Positions 48,012 through 57,644 of a DNA stretch of 64,000 nt are shown piece after piece (positions within the stretch are counted from its first letter, which is position 1; the number at the start of each line of letters is the position of its first letter). The position numbers were made by a program, and so were the translations under genes. This stretch comes from Methanosaeta sp. PtaU1.Bin112 (GTDB lineage Archaea; Halobacteriota; Methanosarcinia; Methanotrichales; Methanotrichaceae), in contig MVRL01000142.1 of the NCBI GenBank assembly GCA_002067705.1, positions 1,142 through 65,141 on the forward strand, written 5' to 3'. A model generated the notes under the pieces. That model had not been told where the DNA came from. It saw only the letters and a program-made list of their open reading frames with translations, and did no database searches.

Positions 48012-48488
48012 TCATCTCCTGCCATCAAGCCTGATCCTGATCACCGGCACATCCCCCGTCTTCTTCAGCACCACATCATCCGTTGCCGTCTTTGGATCAA
48101 ACCCGTACATGGAGCGATTGAGGCCGCTAGCCATCAGAAGCCGCCTGATTGCCTTCAGCTTTTCCTGTGAATCAGAAACCTCTTCTCCTTTCCCGGAAAA
48201 TCGTCCCTCAGGCAGGAGAACCTCGACTCTGGGACTCTCCAGAAGGTTCAGGTACCACTGTCCTTTCGTCTCTCTTCCCTGGTAGCAGTAGATAGCCTCT
48301 CCCATTCGGGCATAGCTTACCGGAGTATAGCGCATCTTTCCCGTCCTCCTGCCCCGAATACCGAGAACCATGACATCTCCTGTTATGAAATTGGATATTA
48401 TCCGCCCCCAGCCTGCCTGAAAGACCGGAACGACGACGAATCGGTTGACCAACCGGAAGAAAGCTCTCAGAGCCGATCTCTTATCCAT
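48012..48488 (-). CDS. Deazaflavin (F420)-dependent nitroreductase-family protein
   Basis: LGIRGRRTGKMRYTPV, WYLNLLESPRVEV split-barrel motifs. Confidence 0.85.
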   Translation of the reverse strand: MDKRSALRAFFRLVNRFVVVPVFQAGWGRIISNFITGDVMVLGIRGRRTGKMRYTPVSYARMGEAIYCYQGRETKGQWYLNLLESPRVEVLLPEGRFSGKGEEVSDSQEKLKAIRRLLMASGLNRSMYGFDPKTATDDVVLKKTGDVPVIRIRLDGRR

Positions 48489-48594
48489 TGGAATCTTCCT
48501 TTGGGGCTCTTTCAGCCCTTATTTTTTATCTTTGTATCTCTTCATCATGTTAATGCCGATACTATTATTTCAGTTTAGCCTCTAAGGAGCGAGA

Positions 48595-49089
48595 ATGCAG
48601 ATTGCAGTTGTGGGCGGAGGAGCATGCAGCCCTGAATTCAGGGATGCGGCCAGAAGGATCGGCCAGATAATTGCCTCCCACGGCCATGTCCTCATTTGCG
48701 GGGGACTGGGCGGGGTGATGGAGGCGGCCTGCTGCGGGGCCAGGGAGGCCGGAGGCCTCACTGTGGGAATACTTCCCGGCGAGATGCAGGAGGCCAACTC
48801 CTGCGTTGATGTGGGGATAGCCACCGGCATGGGCCACGCCAGAAATGTGATAATAGTAAAGAGCGCCGATCTGGTAATCGCTCTGCCCGGAGAGATGGGC
48901 ACTCTATCAGAGATGGCCCTGGCCATGAAGATGAAAAAGCCGGTCATAAGTCTCTCCAGCTGGGAGATCTGCGGCGCTTTCCAGGCGAAAGATCCTGAAG
49001 AGGTCGAGCAGCTGCTGGCGAAAATTGATTCCAGCCAGAAAGAGCCAGGCCAAGAGGCTCTCAGCCAGAGAGAGCAGGAAGCGCAATAG
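48595..49089 (+). CDS. TIGR00725 / LOG-family protein
   Basis: CGGLGGVMEAACCGA, VGILPG, TGMGHARN, PGEMGTLSE. Confidence 0.9.
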   Translation: MQIAVVGGGACSPEFRDAARRIGQIIASHGHVLICGGLGGVMEAACCGAREAGGLTVGILPGEMQEANSCVDVGIATGMGHARNVIIVKSADLVIALPGEMGTLSEMALAMKMKKPVISLSSWEICGAFQAKDPEEVEQLLAKIDSSQKEPGQEALSQREQEAQ

Positions 49090-49135
49090 CTTTATTTCTT
49101 TTCCGTGTTAGATTCCCAACACAGGTGAAAAGATC

Positions 49136-50317
49136 ATGGAAAGAGAGAGAAGCTTCGGCACTCGGTGCGTTCATGCCGGTGAAGGGCACAATCCATTCGG
49201 TGCTCACGCCACACCTATTTACCAGACGTCCACATATGTTTTTGAAAACGCAGAGCAGGCAGAAGCCTCTTTCTCCGGCGGTCCCGGCTACAAGTACATC
49301 CGCTCACCGCCAAACACGCCTACCCATGCCGCATTCATCAGCAAGATCACCTCTCTGGAGGACGGGGCGGCTGGCCTGGCATTCTCCTCAGGAATGGCAG
49401 CTGAGACTGCGCTGGTTCTCGCCATGCTCGAAAAGGGCGATCATTTGATATCCTCCGATGTTATCTACGGCGGAACCTATGGCCTCTTCTCCAAACTTCT
49501 TCCCAAACTAGGAGTAGAGGTCAGCTTTGTGGATACGACCGACCTGGAGAAGCTTTCGTCCTCTATCCGGAAGAACACCCGTCTGGTCTTTTTGGAGACT
49601 CCGGCCAATCCCACCTTGGCTATAAGCGATATTGGTGAGATCAGCAGGATGGCCCATGAAGCCGGAGCCCTTCTGGCGGTGGACAACACCTTTGCCACCC
49701 CTTGTTTTCAGAGGCCGTTGCAGCTGGGCGCAGATGTGGTGGTGGAGAGCTGCACCAAGTACATCGGCGGACATGGCGACCTTCTGGGTGGCGTAGCCGT
49801 GGGCTCAGAGAAGGCGATCTCCGCCATGAGGCGCATGGCGGTTTCGGCAGGCGGGACCATGGGCACTCATGAGGCCTGGCTCTGTCTGAGGGGCTGCAAG
49901 ACCCTGCATTTGAGGATGGAAAGGCACGCAGAGAACGCTCTGCATCTCGCCCTATACCTGGAGGGCCACCCTGCGGTGGAAAAGGTCAACTACCCTGGCC
50001 TTGCCAGCCATCCTCAGCATGCCCTGGCAGCAAGACAGATGAGCGGCTGGGGAGGAATGCTCTCCTTCGAGGTAAATGGGGGAGTGCAGGCCGGCCGCAG
50101 CCTCATGAACAGCCTAAGACTGTGCAGCCTGGCGGTCAGCCTGGGATCGGTGGACACGCTGGTTGAGCATCCCGCCTCCATGACCCATGCCGTCATGCCA
50201 AAGGAGATGAGAGAACAGATGGGGATAACCGACGGCCTGGTGAGGGTCTCGGTGGGCATTGAGGACAAAGAGGATATCCTGGATGACTTCGCCCAGGGTC
50301 TGGAGAGGATATCATGA
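49136..50317 (+). CDS. PLP-dependent Cys/Met metabolism enzyme (methionine gamma-lyase / cystathionine gamma-synthase family)
   Basis: PIYQTSTY, FSSGMAA, ETPANPT, VDNTFATP, SCTKYIGGHGD, AVSLGSVDTLVEHPASMTH. Confidence 0.93.
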   Translation: MERERSFGTRCVHAGEGHNPFGAHATPIYQTSTYVFENAEQAEASFSGGPGYKYIRSPPNTPTHAAFISKITSLEDGAAGLAFSSGMAAETALVLAMLEKGDHLISSDVIYGGTYGLFSKLLPKLGVEVSFVDTTDLEKLSSSIRKNTRLVFLETPANPTLAISDIGEISRMAHEAGALLAVDNTFATPCFQRPLQLGADVVVESCTKYIGGHGDLLGGVAVGSEKAISAMRRMAVSAGGTMGTHEAWLCLRGCKTLHLRMERHAENALHLALYLEGHPAVEKVNYPGLASHPQHALAARQMSGWGGMLSFEVNGGVQAGRSLMNSLRLCSLAVSLGSVDTLVEHPASMTHAVMPKEMREQMGITDGLVRVSVGIEDKEDILDDFAQGLERIS

Positions 50318-50451
50318 AATTTCAGCCAGGCAAAATGTCACAAACACAAAGCAAATGTCATTTAGCAAAATGCTGGGAAGCAAATGCCACGAATATAAAA
50401 TTTTTAAATTAAAATATCTAAAATGCAATTTAACTAAAAAATGATGTGTAC

Positions 50452-51780
50452 CTATGTACATGAGTGGCTTGCAGAACATCCTCCCGATAAGCATTCGAAG
50501 TTCTTATCACATGGTTTACCAGCTCCTTTCTTCTCTTTGCAAACCCTTGGAGTCGAAGTAAAATCACATGCAAGCTGATCCGGATTATATTTAGCATCAA
50601 ATTTGCATACGCTCTGATACGAGCAAGGATCATTCTTCTCTTTCCAAATTCGTTCTCCTTTTGCATTCTCTATCCATATTTTGTAAATAGCAAAGTCATC
50701 TCCTTTTGGATTGATCTTTAAAGTATTCTTTCCGATTTTCAAGTATGATGCCGGCAATTTGTATAGGAATTTGTCTTTGCCTTCATCTGTTGTCTTGCTA
50801 CTGTAGTCTTTAAGCTCTTTTGCTGGCTTATCATTTATTTGCAGCTCGCTATTTTGTGATAGGTCGACACCGTTGTCCAATTTCTTATCGATTAAGATCA
50901 CTAATCTAGGTGCATCTTGTGCCGCATTTGACTGACCAGTTCCTCCAATAATGGCCACATTGAATTCCGCATAATAAACATCGGCAAATGCGTTGGGACC
51001 CTTGCCTATTCTAAACTGTTCATTCGGCGGCCCAAATAAGCCAAGGAAGCAACCTTGAGGTTCTATTGTTTCACTATTATGATCGCATCTATGCAGCACA
51101 TTAACATCAGTGCAGTACGATTCTGTGCAAGCCGGTCCTTTGATATCCGGATAGTCTTCGCTTGTTAATGTGCTGGTGGTTGGCACCGTCCCAGCAGGAT
51201 CTTCGATCATGCCAAACCAGACAACTGCGTAGTTGCCCCCTATACCAACACCCATAGCCTTCCAGGCTGAATTCGCCCACATATTGCGTTCGAGGATGAC
51301 ATCGCTATGATCGCTGCTGCTCTTCCACGTACTAATAGCACCTTCAGGAGTAGCTTCGCCGCTACTCCAAGATGCAATTTCGTAACCATTACCGACATAG
51401 CCTTCAGTTATCTCGCTGGGCTTGTTATGCATCTGCAATTGCTGACCAGAACCGGTATAACATACCGCTGTCCAATCACCATTATTGGACCAACTATGAG
51501 TATTGCAGTCGCCGAGTCCATAGTTCTTTGTGTCAGGATGATATGCTTTGAGATCAGCAATGTGTGTTCTGGCGACTTTTGTTAACGAGTTCGAGACAGG
51601 GATGGCTGAAAGACCGCTCTCCGCACGATATTGGTTTATCTGATCAGCCAGCTTCTTCTCCTTGTCATTCAAGGGAGGCTGCTGGTCTTGTGCCTGGACT
51701 TCAAATATAAAAATTGCCAGCAACAAGAAAATGATGGCGAGCAGATTTTTATTTGATATCAGTGTTTTCGATATGCGCAT
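50452..51780 (-). CDS. Secreted CAP (SCP)-domain protein with beta-rich middle region and Cys-rich C-terminus
   Basis: INQYRAESGLSAI, CNTHSWS, GNGYEIA, WKSSSDHSDVIL, WKAMGVGIGGNYAVVWFG; tail CDKNFECLSGGC. Visibly AT-richer than the backbone. Confidence 0.85.
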   Translation of the reverse strand: MRISKTLISNKNLLAIIFLLLAIFIFEVQAQDQQPPLNDKEKKLADQINQYRAESGLSAIPVSNSLTKVARTHIADLKAYHPDTKNYGLGDCNTHSWSNNGDWTAVCYTGSGQQLQMHNKPSEITEGYVGNGYEIASWSSGEATPEGAISTWKSSSDHSDVILERNMWANSAWKAMGVGIGGNYAVVWFGMIEDPAGTVPTTSTLTSEDYPDIKGPACTESYCTDVNVLHRCDHNSETIEPQGCFLGLFGPPNEQFRIGKGPNAFADVYYAEFNVAIIGGTGQSNAAQDAPRLVILIDKKLDNGVDLSQNSELQINDKPAKELKDYSSKTTDEGKDKFLYKLPASYLKIGKNTLKINPKGDDFAIYKIWIENAKGERIWKEKNDPCSYQSVCKFDAKYNPDQLACDFTSTPRVCKEKKGAGKPCDKNFECLSGGCSASHSCT

Positions 51781-52020
51781 AATCAATCCTCTATTTTGGC
51801 CTTCAAGAAGCTGCAAGACTCCTTTTATCGATTATTATTTCATTCAATAATGATAAACTTTACCTGCTCTGCGGAGTAACTTCAGAAGTTTCTCGTATCA
51901 GCGTCCTATTGCATCATCGCTGGTTAATCAATCTCAGGAAAATATAAAATCCAGGCAAAGGTTCACTTCATCCCCAATCCAAAGGATGAGGAATTCGTGA
52001 CCCTCCGCCCATTCGTTGTA

Positions 52021-53877
52021 TTAAATTTTTTTGGTCTGGTTCTCCCTGATGTAGGCAATTGGGTCCGATGTGGTGATATTCACTGTCTTTTTCGCGTATA
52101 TCACATCAGGAATCTCCCGCAACGCCTGGACATCATACACCCTCGGGCCATACTGGTAGCCCGTTTTCTCCAGCCACCAATCCGGGTATCCGATGTTCGT
52201 AATGGTCTTATTCTGAATATCGTTATACTGCCCGTTGCGATAGGTGATAACCAGTCTCTCAAAGAGCGCCATCCAGCTCTTCAGGTTCTCCATGGCGGTG
52301 GCATTGGTATAGTCAGTCAGAAACTGCCGGGCAGAGAGTTCATCCTTCTTATGCAGATCCAGAGCCTGCTGCTCAATATCCGCCTGCCGGGAAAGCTCGC
52401 CGCCCTCAATTTTCGCCTGTTCCGCCTTGATGACCGGGATCATCTCCCCATACATCAGCCTGGCCCAGTTCTGCACAATCTCAAAGGGCCAGAATGCTGT
52501 GTTGAAATCGAGGTTCCAGTGCGACCCATTCAGATAGGGCTCGGGAAGCCCGGTAATGCCTGAGTAGAACGGCGCATAGCATGTCTCGGACGGAGAAGAG
52601 AGCCCGAGCCAGCAGACCCCGCCGATGGAATCCGGAAGCCAATCCCTCGCCTGGGCGACGTAAGAGTAGCCGCACGGATCGGTTGATATCGGCCTCGGCC
52701 AGGCTCCCGGCTTGAGCTCGCCAGGATAGAGCCGGTCATGTTCATCAAACGGTCCCCATTTCCGGTACGGGTCTCCGAACGGACCGCCTGCTGGTGGCGC
52801 TGTGAGATCAAACTCGGTTCCCTCGTAGTGATCGCGGTAGAGGTCAAACGCCTCGGTGAGGTTTATCTTTCTGTCCGGGACAACGAAGACCGGATAGGCA
52901 GTGGTGAATGGTCCCTCCACATTGGCAGAGAGGTTCATCGACGGAGCGATGCGATCCAGGATTCGCCAGACTCGGCCCAGGGAGTAATACGGATGAGAGT
53001 ACTCGCCGGCGCTGAAAGTTGCCGTCCAGTCGAGCTTGCCCTGGCTTCGGTTCCACCAGCCCATCGCCTCAGCATCATCAAAGAGATTGGCAGAAAACAT
53101 CAGATCGGAATTATTGCTGCTATTGGCATCGATCTCCCGGATTCGAAACTCATTGGCGGCGACAAATACCTGGCCTTCCGGAACGCGCTCTGCCACCCAG
53201 TATCCACCGGTGCCCGAAGGAGTCCCTCCGCACATCTCAATGACCCAGACCTCTTTAGGATCCCCGAAGATCAGGGTCTCTCCGGTGCCGTAGTAGCCGT
53301 ACCTATCGATTAGCGATCCCACCAGCGCTACAGCTTCTCTGGCTGTCCTGCATCGCTCCATTGCGATGTTTGAAAGATCCGAGCTGTAAAAGATCCTTTT
53401 GCCTTTCTCGGCATCAGGGTGGACCCTGGCAAAATCGGTGCACTCTCCCGAGATCAACTGATGCTCATTTATCATTCCGTAGGAGCCGGATATGTAGGAA
53501 TAGGTGTGATTGGCCTGATCTATATAGCCGATGATAATTGAATCGTTATCCGATGATTCGCCGCTCCCCCGGAATTCCCCGCCGCTGTTCGGATCATAGA
53601 GAACAGGGCGCTTCGACCCAGGAGCGAAATCCTGAGCAGGGACATATGAGAAGACCACGGCATCTTCCCGAATTTCTGTGCCCACCTCGCCCGGTCCGAA
53701 GCCATCGTTGCTGTGGGCCACAATGACCGACCCATCGGCGGAGGCTGATTTAGTTATGCCGAATGTTGTACACCCCAAGGCGGAAAGAGAGAATGCGGAA
53801 ATGAGAAAGACCGCGCAAAGAAATACCGCACAAAATACTTCGCCCAAACAAGATACCAGAGGAGCATATCGTTTAAT
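52021..53877 (-). CDS. Secreted C69-family dipeptidase (Ntn hydrolase)
   Basis: Mature N-terminus CTTFGITKSASADGS, AHSND, GMINEHQL, WVAERVP, ANEFRI, WRI. Start is TTG 53847 or SD-preceded ATT 53877. Confidence 0.9.
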   Translation of the reverse strand: MKRYAPLVSCLGEVFCAVFLCAVFLISAFSLSALGCTTFGITKSASADGSVIVAHSNDGFGPGEVGTEIREDAVVFSYVPAQDFAPGSKRPVLYDPNSGGEFRGSGESSDNDSIIIGYIDQANHTYSYISGSYGMINEHQLISGECTDFARVHPDAEKGKRIFYSSDLSNIAMERCRTAREAVALVGSLIDRYGYYGTGETLIFGDPKEVWVIEMCGGTPSGTGGYWVAERVPEGQVFVAANEFRIREIDANSSNNSDLMFSANLFDDAEAMGWWNRSQGKLDWTATFSAGEYSHPYYSLGRVWRILDRIAPSMNLSANVEGPFTTAYPVFVVPDRKINLTEAFDLYRDHYEGTEFDLTAPPAGGPFGDPYRKWGPFDEHDRLYPGELKPGAWPRPISTDPCGYSYVAQARDWLPDSIGGVCWLGLSSPSETCYAPFYSGITGLPEPYLNGSHWNLDFNTAFWPFEIVQNWARLMYGEMIPVIKAEQAKIEGGELSRQADIEQQALDLHKKDELSARQFLTDYTNATAMENLKSWMALFERLVITYRNGQYNDIQNKTITNIGYPDWWLEKTGYQYGPRVYDVQALREIPDVIYAKKTVNITTSDPIAYIRENQTKKI

Positions 53878-53964
53878 GTCAAATCCCCCATTTATTCGAA
53901 CAGATCGAGATTTGTCATGTTTATGCTCCCTTACTATTAGATTATTTCGAGCAGGAAGACGGCC

Positions 53965-54126
53965 TCACATGTAGATCGGAACCTCCCATTTGCTCTGCAG
54001 CTCCTTTGGTGCATTCTTCTTCGACCAGTTGGGATAGGTCAGGATATTGCCGTATTCGTCTTCTTCCTGAATCATCTGCTCCTTTTCCTCATTTTGCTCT
54101 TTTTGCCCTTTTTCTTCTTTGCCCAT
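53965..54126 (-). CDS. Small acidic hypothetical protein (53 aa)
   Basis: GAAGGAGGG SD before MGKEEKGQKEQNEEKEQMIQEEDEYGNILTYPNW... Confidence 0.5.
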   Translation of the reverse strand: MGKEEKGQKEQNEEKEQMIQEEDEYGNILTYPNWSKKNAPKELQSKWEVPIYM

Positions 54127-54211
54127 CGAATTGAGCCCTCCTTCTCGCTTCCGGATCTGAGGTCTGCTGCCGCAGGGTCTGCCACAGAGGATGTCGCAAT
54201 GGCAGAAAAAT

Positions 54212-55162
54212 TTAACCATTAATGTGCTCAAGGATGTGCTTTTCCGTCTGATTCTTGATGGCTGGCTCCTCGACTGCCAGGAGAAGATGGCCCCCTCTCT
54301 TGAAGCTGACCAGCCTTGATCCAGGAATGGTGGATGCAGCAAACTGGGCATTGCGATAGAGCTGCAATGCGTCATCCGTGGCATGGAATATCAGAGTCGG
54401 AGCCTTGATTGCCGCGATCCTCTCGTCCGGCATCTTTGCCTTATTGTCGAAGGAAACGCCTGCGGATCGCAGCGAGACCGGATTCATGTAATCGACAATC
54501 CGGTCAACCAACTCCCGCTGTTCCGGATTGAGGCCGGCGATGACGGTGCCGCTGGCGCCCAGAAGCTGCAGGAACTGGCTGCGGAAGATCCTGGTTGCTG
54601 CCCAGTAGAGAGGGTCATACCTGTAAATCGCGGTCAATGTATCGCCTTTTTGGTTTGCATCCAACTGGGCGGTTTCGTTTGAAGACGCAACACCGCAGGA
54701 GACGAGCGTCAGCGATGATACTCGCTGCGGGTAGAGCACGGCAAAGAGCAGAGCGGATGGGCCGCCGTGAGAGAGCGCAACAACGGCCACCTTTTTAATG
54801 CCCAGCTGGTCGAGCAGGTAGGCATAAGCCCGCGCTTGGTCGTCAAATGTAGCTCCCTCATGGAAGGTCGATCGCAGATATCCAAAGCGCGAAGGTGCAA
54901 TCCAGTGGAATTGGTCTCCGACCGTGGCCTGAGCCAGAAGCTCTCCCTGATCGTATCCTCCGCCGCTGCCGTGGATTACCAGGACATCCGGACCGGACCC
55001 ACCTTCGGAAAATTCGATGTCCCCGCAAGGCGAAGGAATAACCGTGCTCTTTCCAGAGATCCGATCATAGGAGCGGTTCATATCCCAGAGGTATGCCGCC
55101 GAAACGATAATCATTGCTGAAATTAGCCCTATCGCAATCCAGCGCAGAATTCTCAGCATCAT
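54212..55162 (-). CDS. Membrane-anchored alpha/beta hydrolase
   Basis: N-terminal TM, IHGSGGG, ALSHGG nucleophile, FHATDD, GGHLL. Confidence 0.88.
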   Translation of the reverse strand: MMLRILRWIAIGLISAMIIVSAAYLWDMNRSYDRISGKSTVIPSPCGDIEFSEGGSGPDVLVIHGSGGGYDQGELLAQATVGDQFHWIAPSRFGYLRSTFHEGATFDDQARAYAYLLDQLGIKKVAVVALSHGGPSALLFAVLYPQRVSSLTLVSCGVASSNETAQLDANQKGDTLTAIYRYDPLYWAATRIFRSQFLQLLGASGTVIAGLNPEQRELVDRIVDYMNPVSLRSAGVSFDNKAKMPDERIAAIKAPTLIFHATDDALQLYRNAQFAASTIPGSRLVSFKRGGHLLLAVEEPAIKNQTEKHILEHING

Positions 55163-55235
55163 TCTCTTCCTTCTGGCATCAATGCGGCCCTCACTCTGCA
55201 ATAATTAAGCAACAAATGCAATGCCCAACTTCCAA

Positions 55236-55265
55236 TGGCTTCTTGCCAACAAAGTCAAGAAGCCA
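55236..55265. repeat. Perfect 10-bp inverted repeat TGGCTTCTTG-N10-CAAGAAGCCA
   Basis: Read directly; lies between the KGG gene end and the hydrolase start. Confidence 0.75.
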
Positions 55266-55334
55266 GTCCCAGGAAAAAGTGTTTGAATCTGCCATGATCA
55301 GGACTGGCCTGATATTTTTATCGCCATATATGCG

Positions 55335-55493
55335 CTACTTCTTCTCACCGCTCTGTGCCTTGGCTTTCTTTCCTTCCTCGATCAGCTCTTTGACCCTTTG
55401 GCCGCCTTTGTGACCGATTTCTTCATAAAATTCCTTGCCATGCGTTTGGGCAGTCTTCAAACCGCCCTTTCTGCCCGCCTCCTGAACGGTCAT
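55335..55493 (-). CDS. KGG-motif / Em-like general stress protein, not in the ORF track
   Basis: MTVQEAGRKGGLKTAQTHGKEFYEEIGHKGGQRVKELIEEGKKAKAQSGEKK. The frame extends to an SD-preceded ACG at 55538. Confidence 0.85.
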   Translation of the reverse strand: MTVQEAGRKGGLKTAQTHGKEFYEEIGHKGGQRVKELIEEGKKAKAQSGEKK

Positions 55494-56104
55494 CGTTCCT
55501 TTTGCGCTTTTCTTTGAACTCCTCTTCTCTTCTGCCGTCTGTATCCCTCCCTAGATTCTTGAAATTATTTTGCTTGCCCATAGGCCCTCTCGCTCTTTTC
55601 AGGATTTGCTTCAACGCAATTAATGTATATAATTCCTCATTATTTCTCGATCCAAATCCCAGGGAGTGCCGAAGCCTTCAGATTTAATTAATTTGTATTT
55701 AACATTCTTTCTATCTTCTTTGAATATTTATGTTTTGCGCCTCTTATTTCCTGGAAATTGCGAGAATAATTGCAGCAATAATCTGATGAAATGCAACTTA
55801 TTTTATGAGAGCTGAATCATCATGAATTAGTAGTTGTTGATACATTAGCGATTAGCAAGAAAATCACTGAATACTCCATTGCCAAATCACCTCGCGCTAA
55901 CTGGACAGGCTGATTCACTAACTAATCAATATCAATAGACCTATTAAGGAGATCGAACTGTTGATTCCGGGAACATCTATTGCGCCAGAAAAGAAATGAA
56001 AATGTGTTGATAATAATTGAGTTAGTTAATTGGAAATGGATGGATCCTTCTGACGAAAGAACAGATCATTGCTGCACCCTCAATTAGCAAAAGTGCAATT
56101 GATC

Positions 56105-57250
56105 TCAAGCGTATCCTATTTTCGTTATTGTCATCTCATCGATCAGTGCCCTGGCGATCTCCTTCAAACCCAGATCTTCCTCCGCCCGGAGGATCTCGTC
56201 CTTCTTGGCTCTTGTCATGGGCTTGATCGGCACAGCTGTGCAGGAACGGGTCTCGGCAGCAATGCCGTAGGTGCCTATCTTTCTGGCCAGGTCTGTGATC
56301 TCTGTCTTATCCATCGAGATCAGAGGATGAAATACGGGAATGGCCAGAGCCGCCTGCTCAGCGAGAATGTTATCCGCGGTCTGTGAGGCCACCTGGCCCA
56401 TTGAGTAGCCGGTGACAACGCCAAGGCATCCCTGCTTCTCCATAACCACTGAGGCGATGCGGTACATCAAGCGCCTGCATAGAATGCAGGTTGCCCTTGG
56501 ATAGTGAGATGCAATCTTCTCAATTCCCCGACTGAGGGGAATGGTGATGAAATCTATCTTCCGGCCAGCCGTCCAGTCTGCCAGAACCTCGGCGCATCTC
56601 ATGGACTGCTCTATGGCATCGGCATAAGGCCGCGAGTCGAAATGCAGGAGTGTGACCGGACAGCCCCTCTTCATCATCATCCAGGCAGCAACGGGGGAGT
56701 CAATGCCTCCGGATATCAGCGCCAGCATCTTGCCCTGTGAACCCAGGGGCAGGCCGCCTACCCCTTTCAGAATGTTGCTGAAGACAAAGGTCCGATTCTT
56801 CCTCGCCTCAACGAAGATCTCCAATTCCGGTTTGTTCAGGTCCACTCTGGAGAGCGTTGCCACTCTCACTGCTTGCCCTACGACTCGCCCTATATCTTCG
56901 CTGGAGAATCCTGTCCCGGAACGTCTGGGCCGGATGGCAAAAGTGCCGGGCTTCGTCTGGCCTGCCAGCTCTACAGCTGCCCGGCTTATCTCCTCCAGAT
57001 CAGAGGCTACTGTCGAAGCATGGCTGGCAGAGACGACTCCAAAAACCCGTGCAACAATCTCGCTCGCTCGGGGGTCAGAGGTATGGACGAATATCCTGCC
57101 CTCGCCCATCTCCATCTTATGCTCCACCCCGGCTCTACGCAAGGAAAAAGAAATATTGCCTGCTAAGATGCGTTCCCAGTTCTTCCTGGTCCAGCTATCT
57201 TTAAGTGTGATCTCCCCGTAGCGAACCAGCACTACGTCCGGCGAGATCAT
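56105..57250 (-). CDS. thiI: tRNA 4-thiouridine synthase ThiI
   Basis: VRYGEITLK, THUMP domain, GGLPLGSQGK, LISGGIDSPVA (PP-loop), GQVASQT; no rhodanese domain. Confidence 0.95.
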   Translation of the reverse strand: MISPDVVLVRYGEITLKDSWTRKNWERILAGNISFSLRRAGVEHKMEMGEGRIFVHTSDPRASEIVARVFGVVSASHASTVASDLEEISRAAVELAGQTKPGTFAIRPRRSGTGFSSEDIGRVVGQAVRVATLSRVDLNKPELEIFVEARKNRTFVFSNILKGVGGLPLGSQGKMLALISGGIDSPVAAWMMMKRGCPVTLLHFDSRPYADAIEQSMRCAEVLADWTAGRKIDFITIPLSRGIEKIASHYPRATCILCRRLMYRIASVVMEKQGCLGVVTGYSMGQVASQTADNILAEQAALAIPVFHPLISMDKTEITDLARKIGTYGIAAETRSCTAVPIKPMTRAKKDEILRAEEDLGLKEIARALIDEMTITKIGYA

Positions 57251-57426
57251 GTTCTGATCTGAGTCGCCTTGACAGATCTCTTTATCTTCTTGATTCTTGA
57301 ACCTGCGGCATTGTATTTCTGCATTGGACCGGGTTTCTTGTGAGTAACCTCAGCTTTGGTAACCTGCCTAACCTGACCCTTTCTGCCCTTAATCTTTACC
57401 CATTCTATGCTTCCTGTCTTTCCCAT
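57247..57426 (-). CDS. Small, very basic protein (59 aa) resembling the DUF5350 family, not in the ORF track
   Basis: MGKTGSIEWVKIKGRKGQVRQVTKAEVTHKKPGPMQKYNAAGSRIKKIKRSVKATQIRT. Its TGA overlaps the thiI ATG (ATGA). Confidence 0.8.
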   Translation of the reverse strand: MGKTGSIEWVKIKGRKGQVRQVTKAEVTHKKPGPMQKYNAAGSRIKKIKRSVKATQIRT

Positions 57427-57526
57427 GAGATGACCCTATCAAAGCAGGATTTAAAAAGGTTGTGATTAGAATCGCAAAGCTTTGATGGCGCTACAGTTGG
57501 TAACCGGTGAATTCTAAGCAAAAGGC

Positions 57527-57534
57527 TTTTAAAG
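57527..57534 (+). promoter_or_regulatory. TATA box (TTTTAAAG) with purine-rich BRE for the tRNA gene
   Basis: About 30 nt upstream of the tRNA 5' end, preceded by GCAAAAGG. Confidence 0.55.
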
Positions 57535-57564
57535 ACGACAGACCAGTAGGGCCTACTTCGTTTT

Positions 57565-57639
57565 GGGACAGTGGGGTAGCCTGGTCTATCCTCGAGGGTT
57601 TGGGACTCTTGGACCGCGGTTCGAATCCGCGCTGTCCCA
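57565..57639 (+). tRNA. tRNA-Pro (anticodon UGG), intronless, CCA not encoded
   Basis: Acceptor GGGACAG/CTGTCCC, D arm GGGTAGCCTGGTCTATCCT, anticodon loop TTTGGGA, T arm CGCGG-TTCGAAT-CCGCG. Confidence 0.96.
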
Positions 57640-57644
57640 CTAAT

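Noticed and set aside
50330-50390. Short repeats as a CRISPR array
   Set aside because: The repeats are about 11 nt and imperfect, with 3-9 nt spacers and no cas genes.
55600-56100. AT-rich 500-bp region as a lost gene or ncRNA
   Set aside because: Only short frames and no stable pairing seen. Part is probably the KGG gene promoter.
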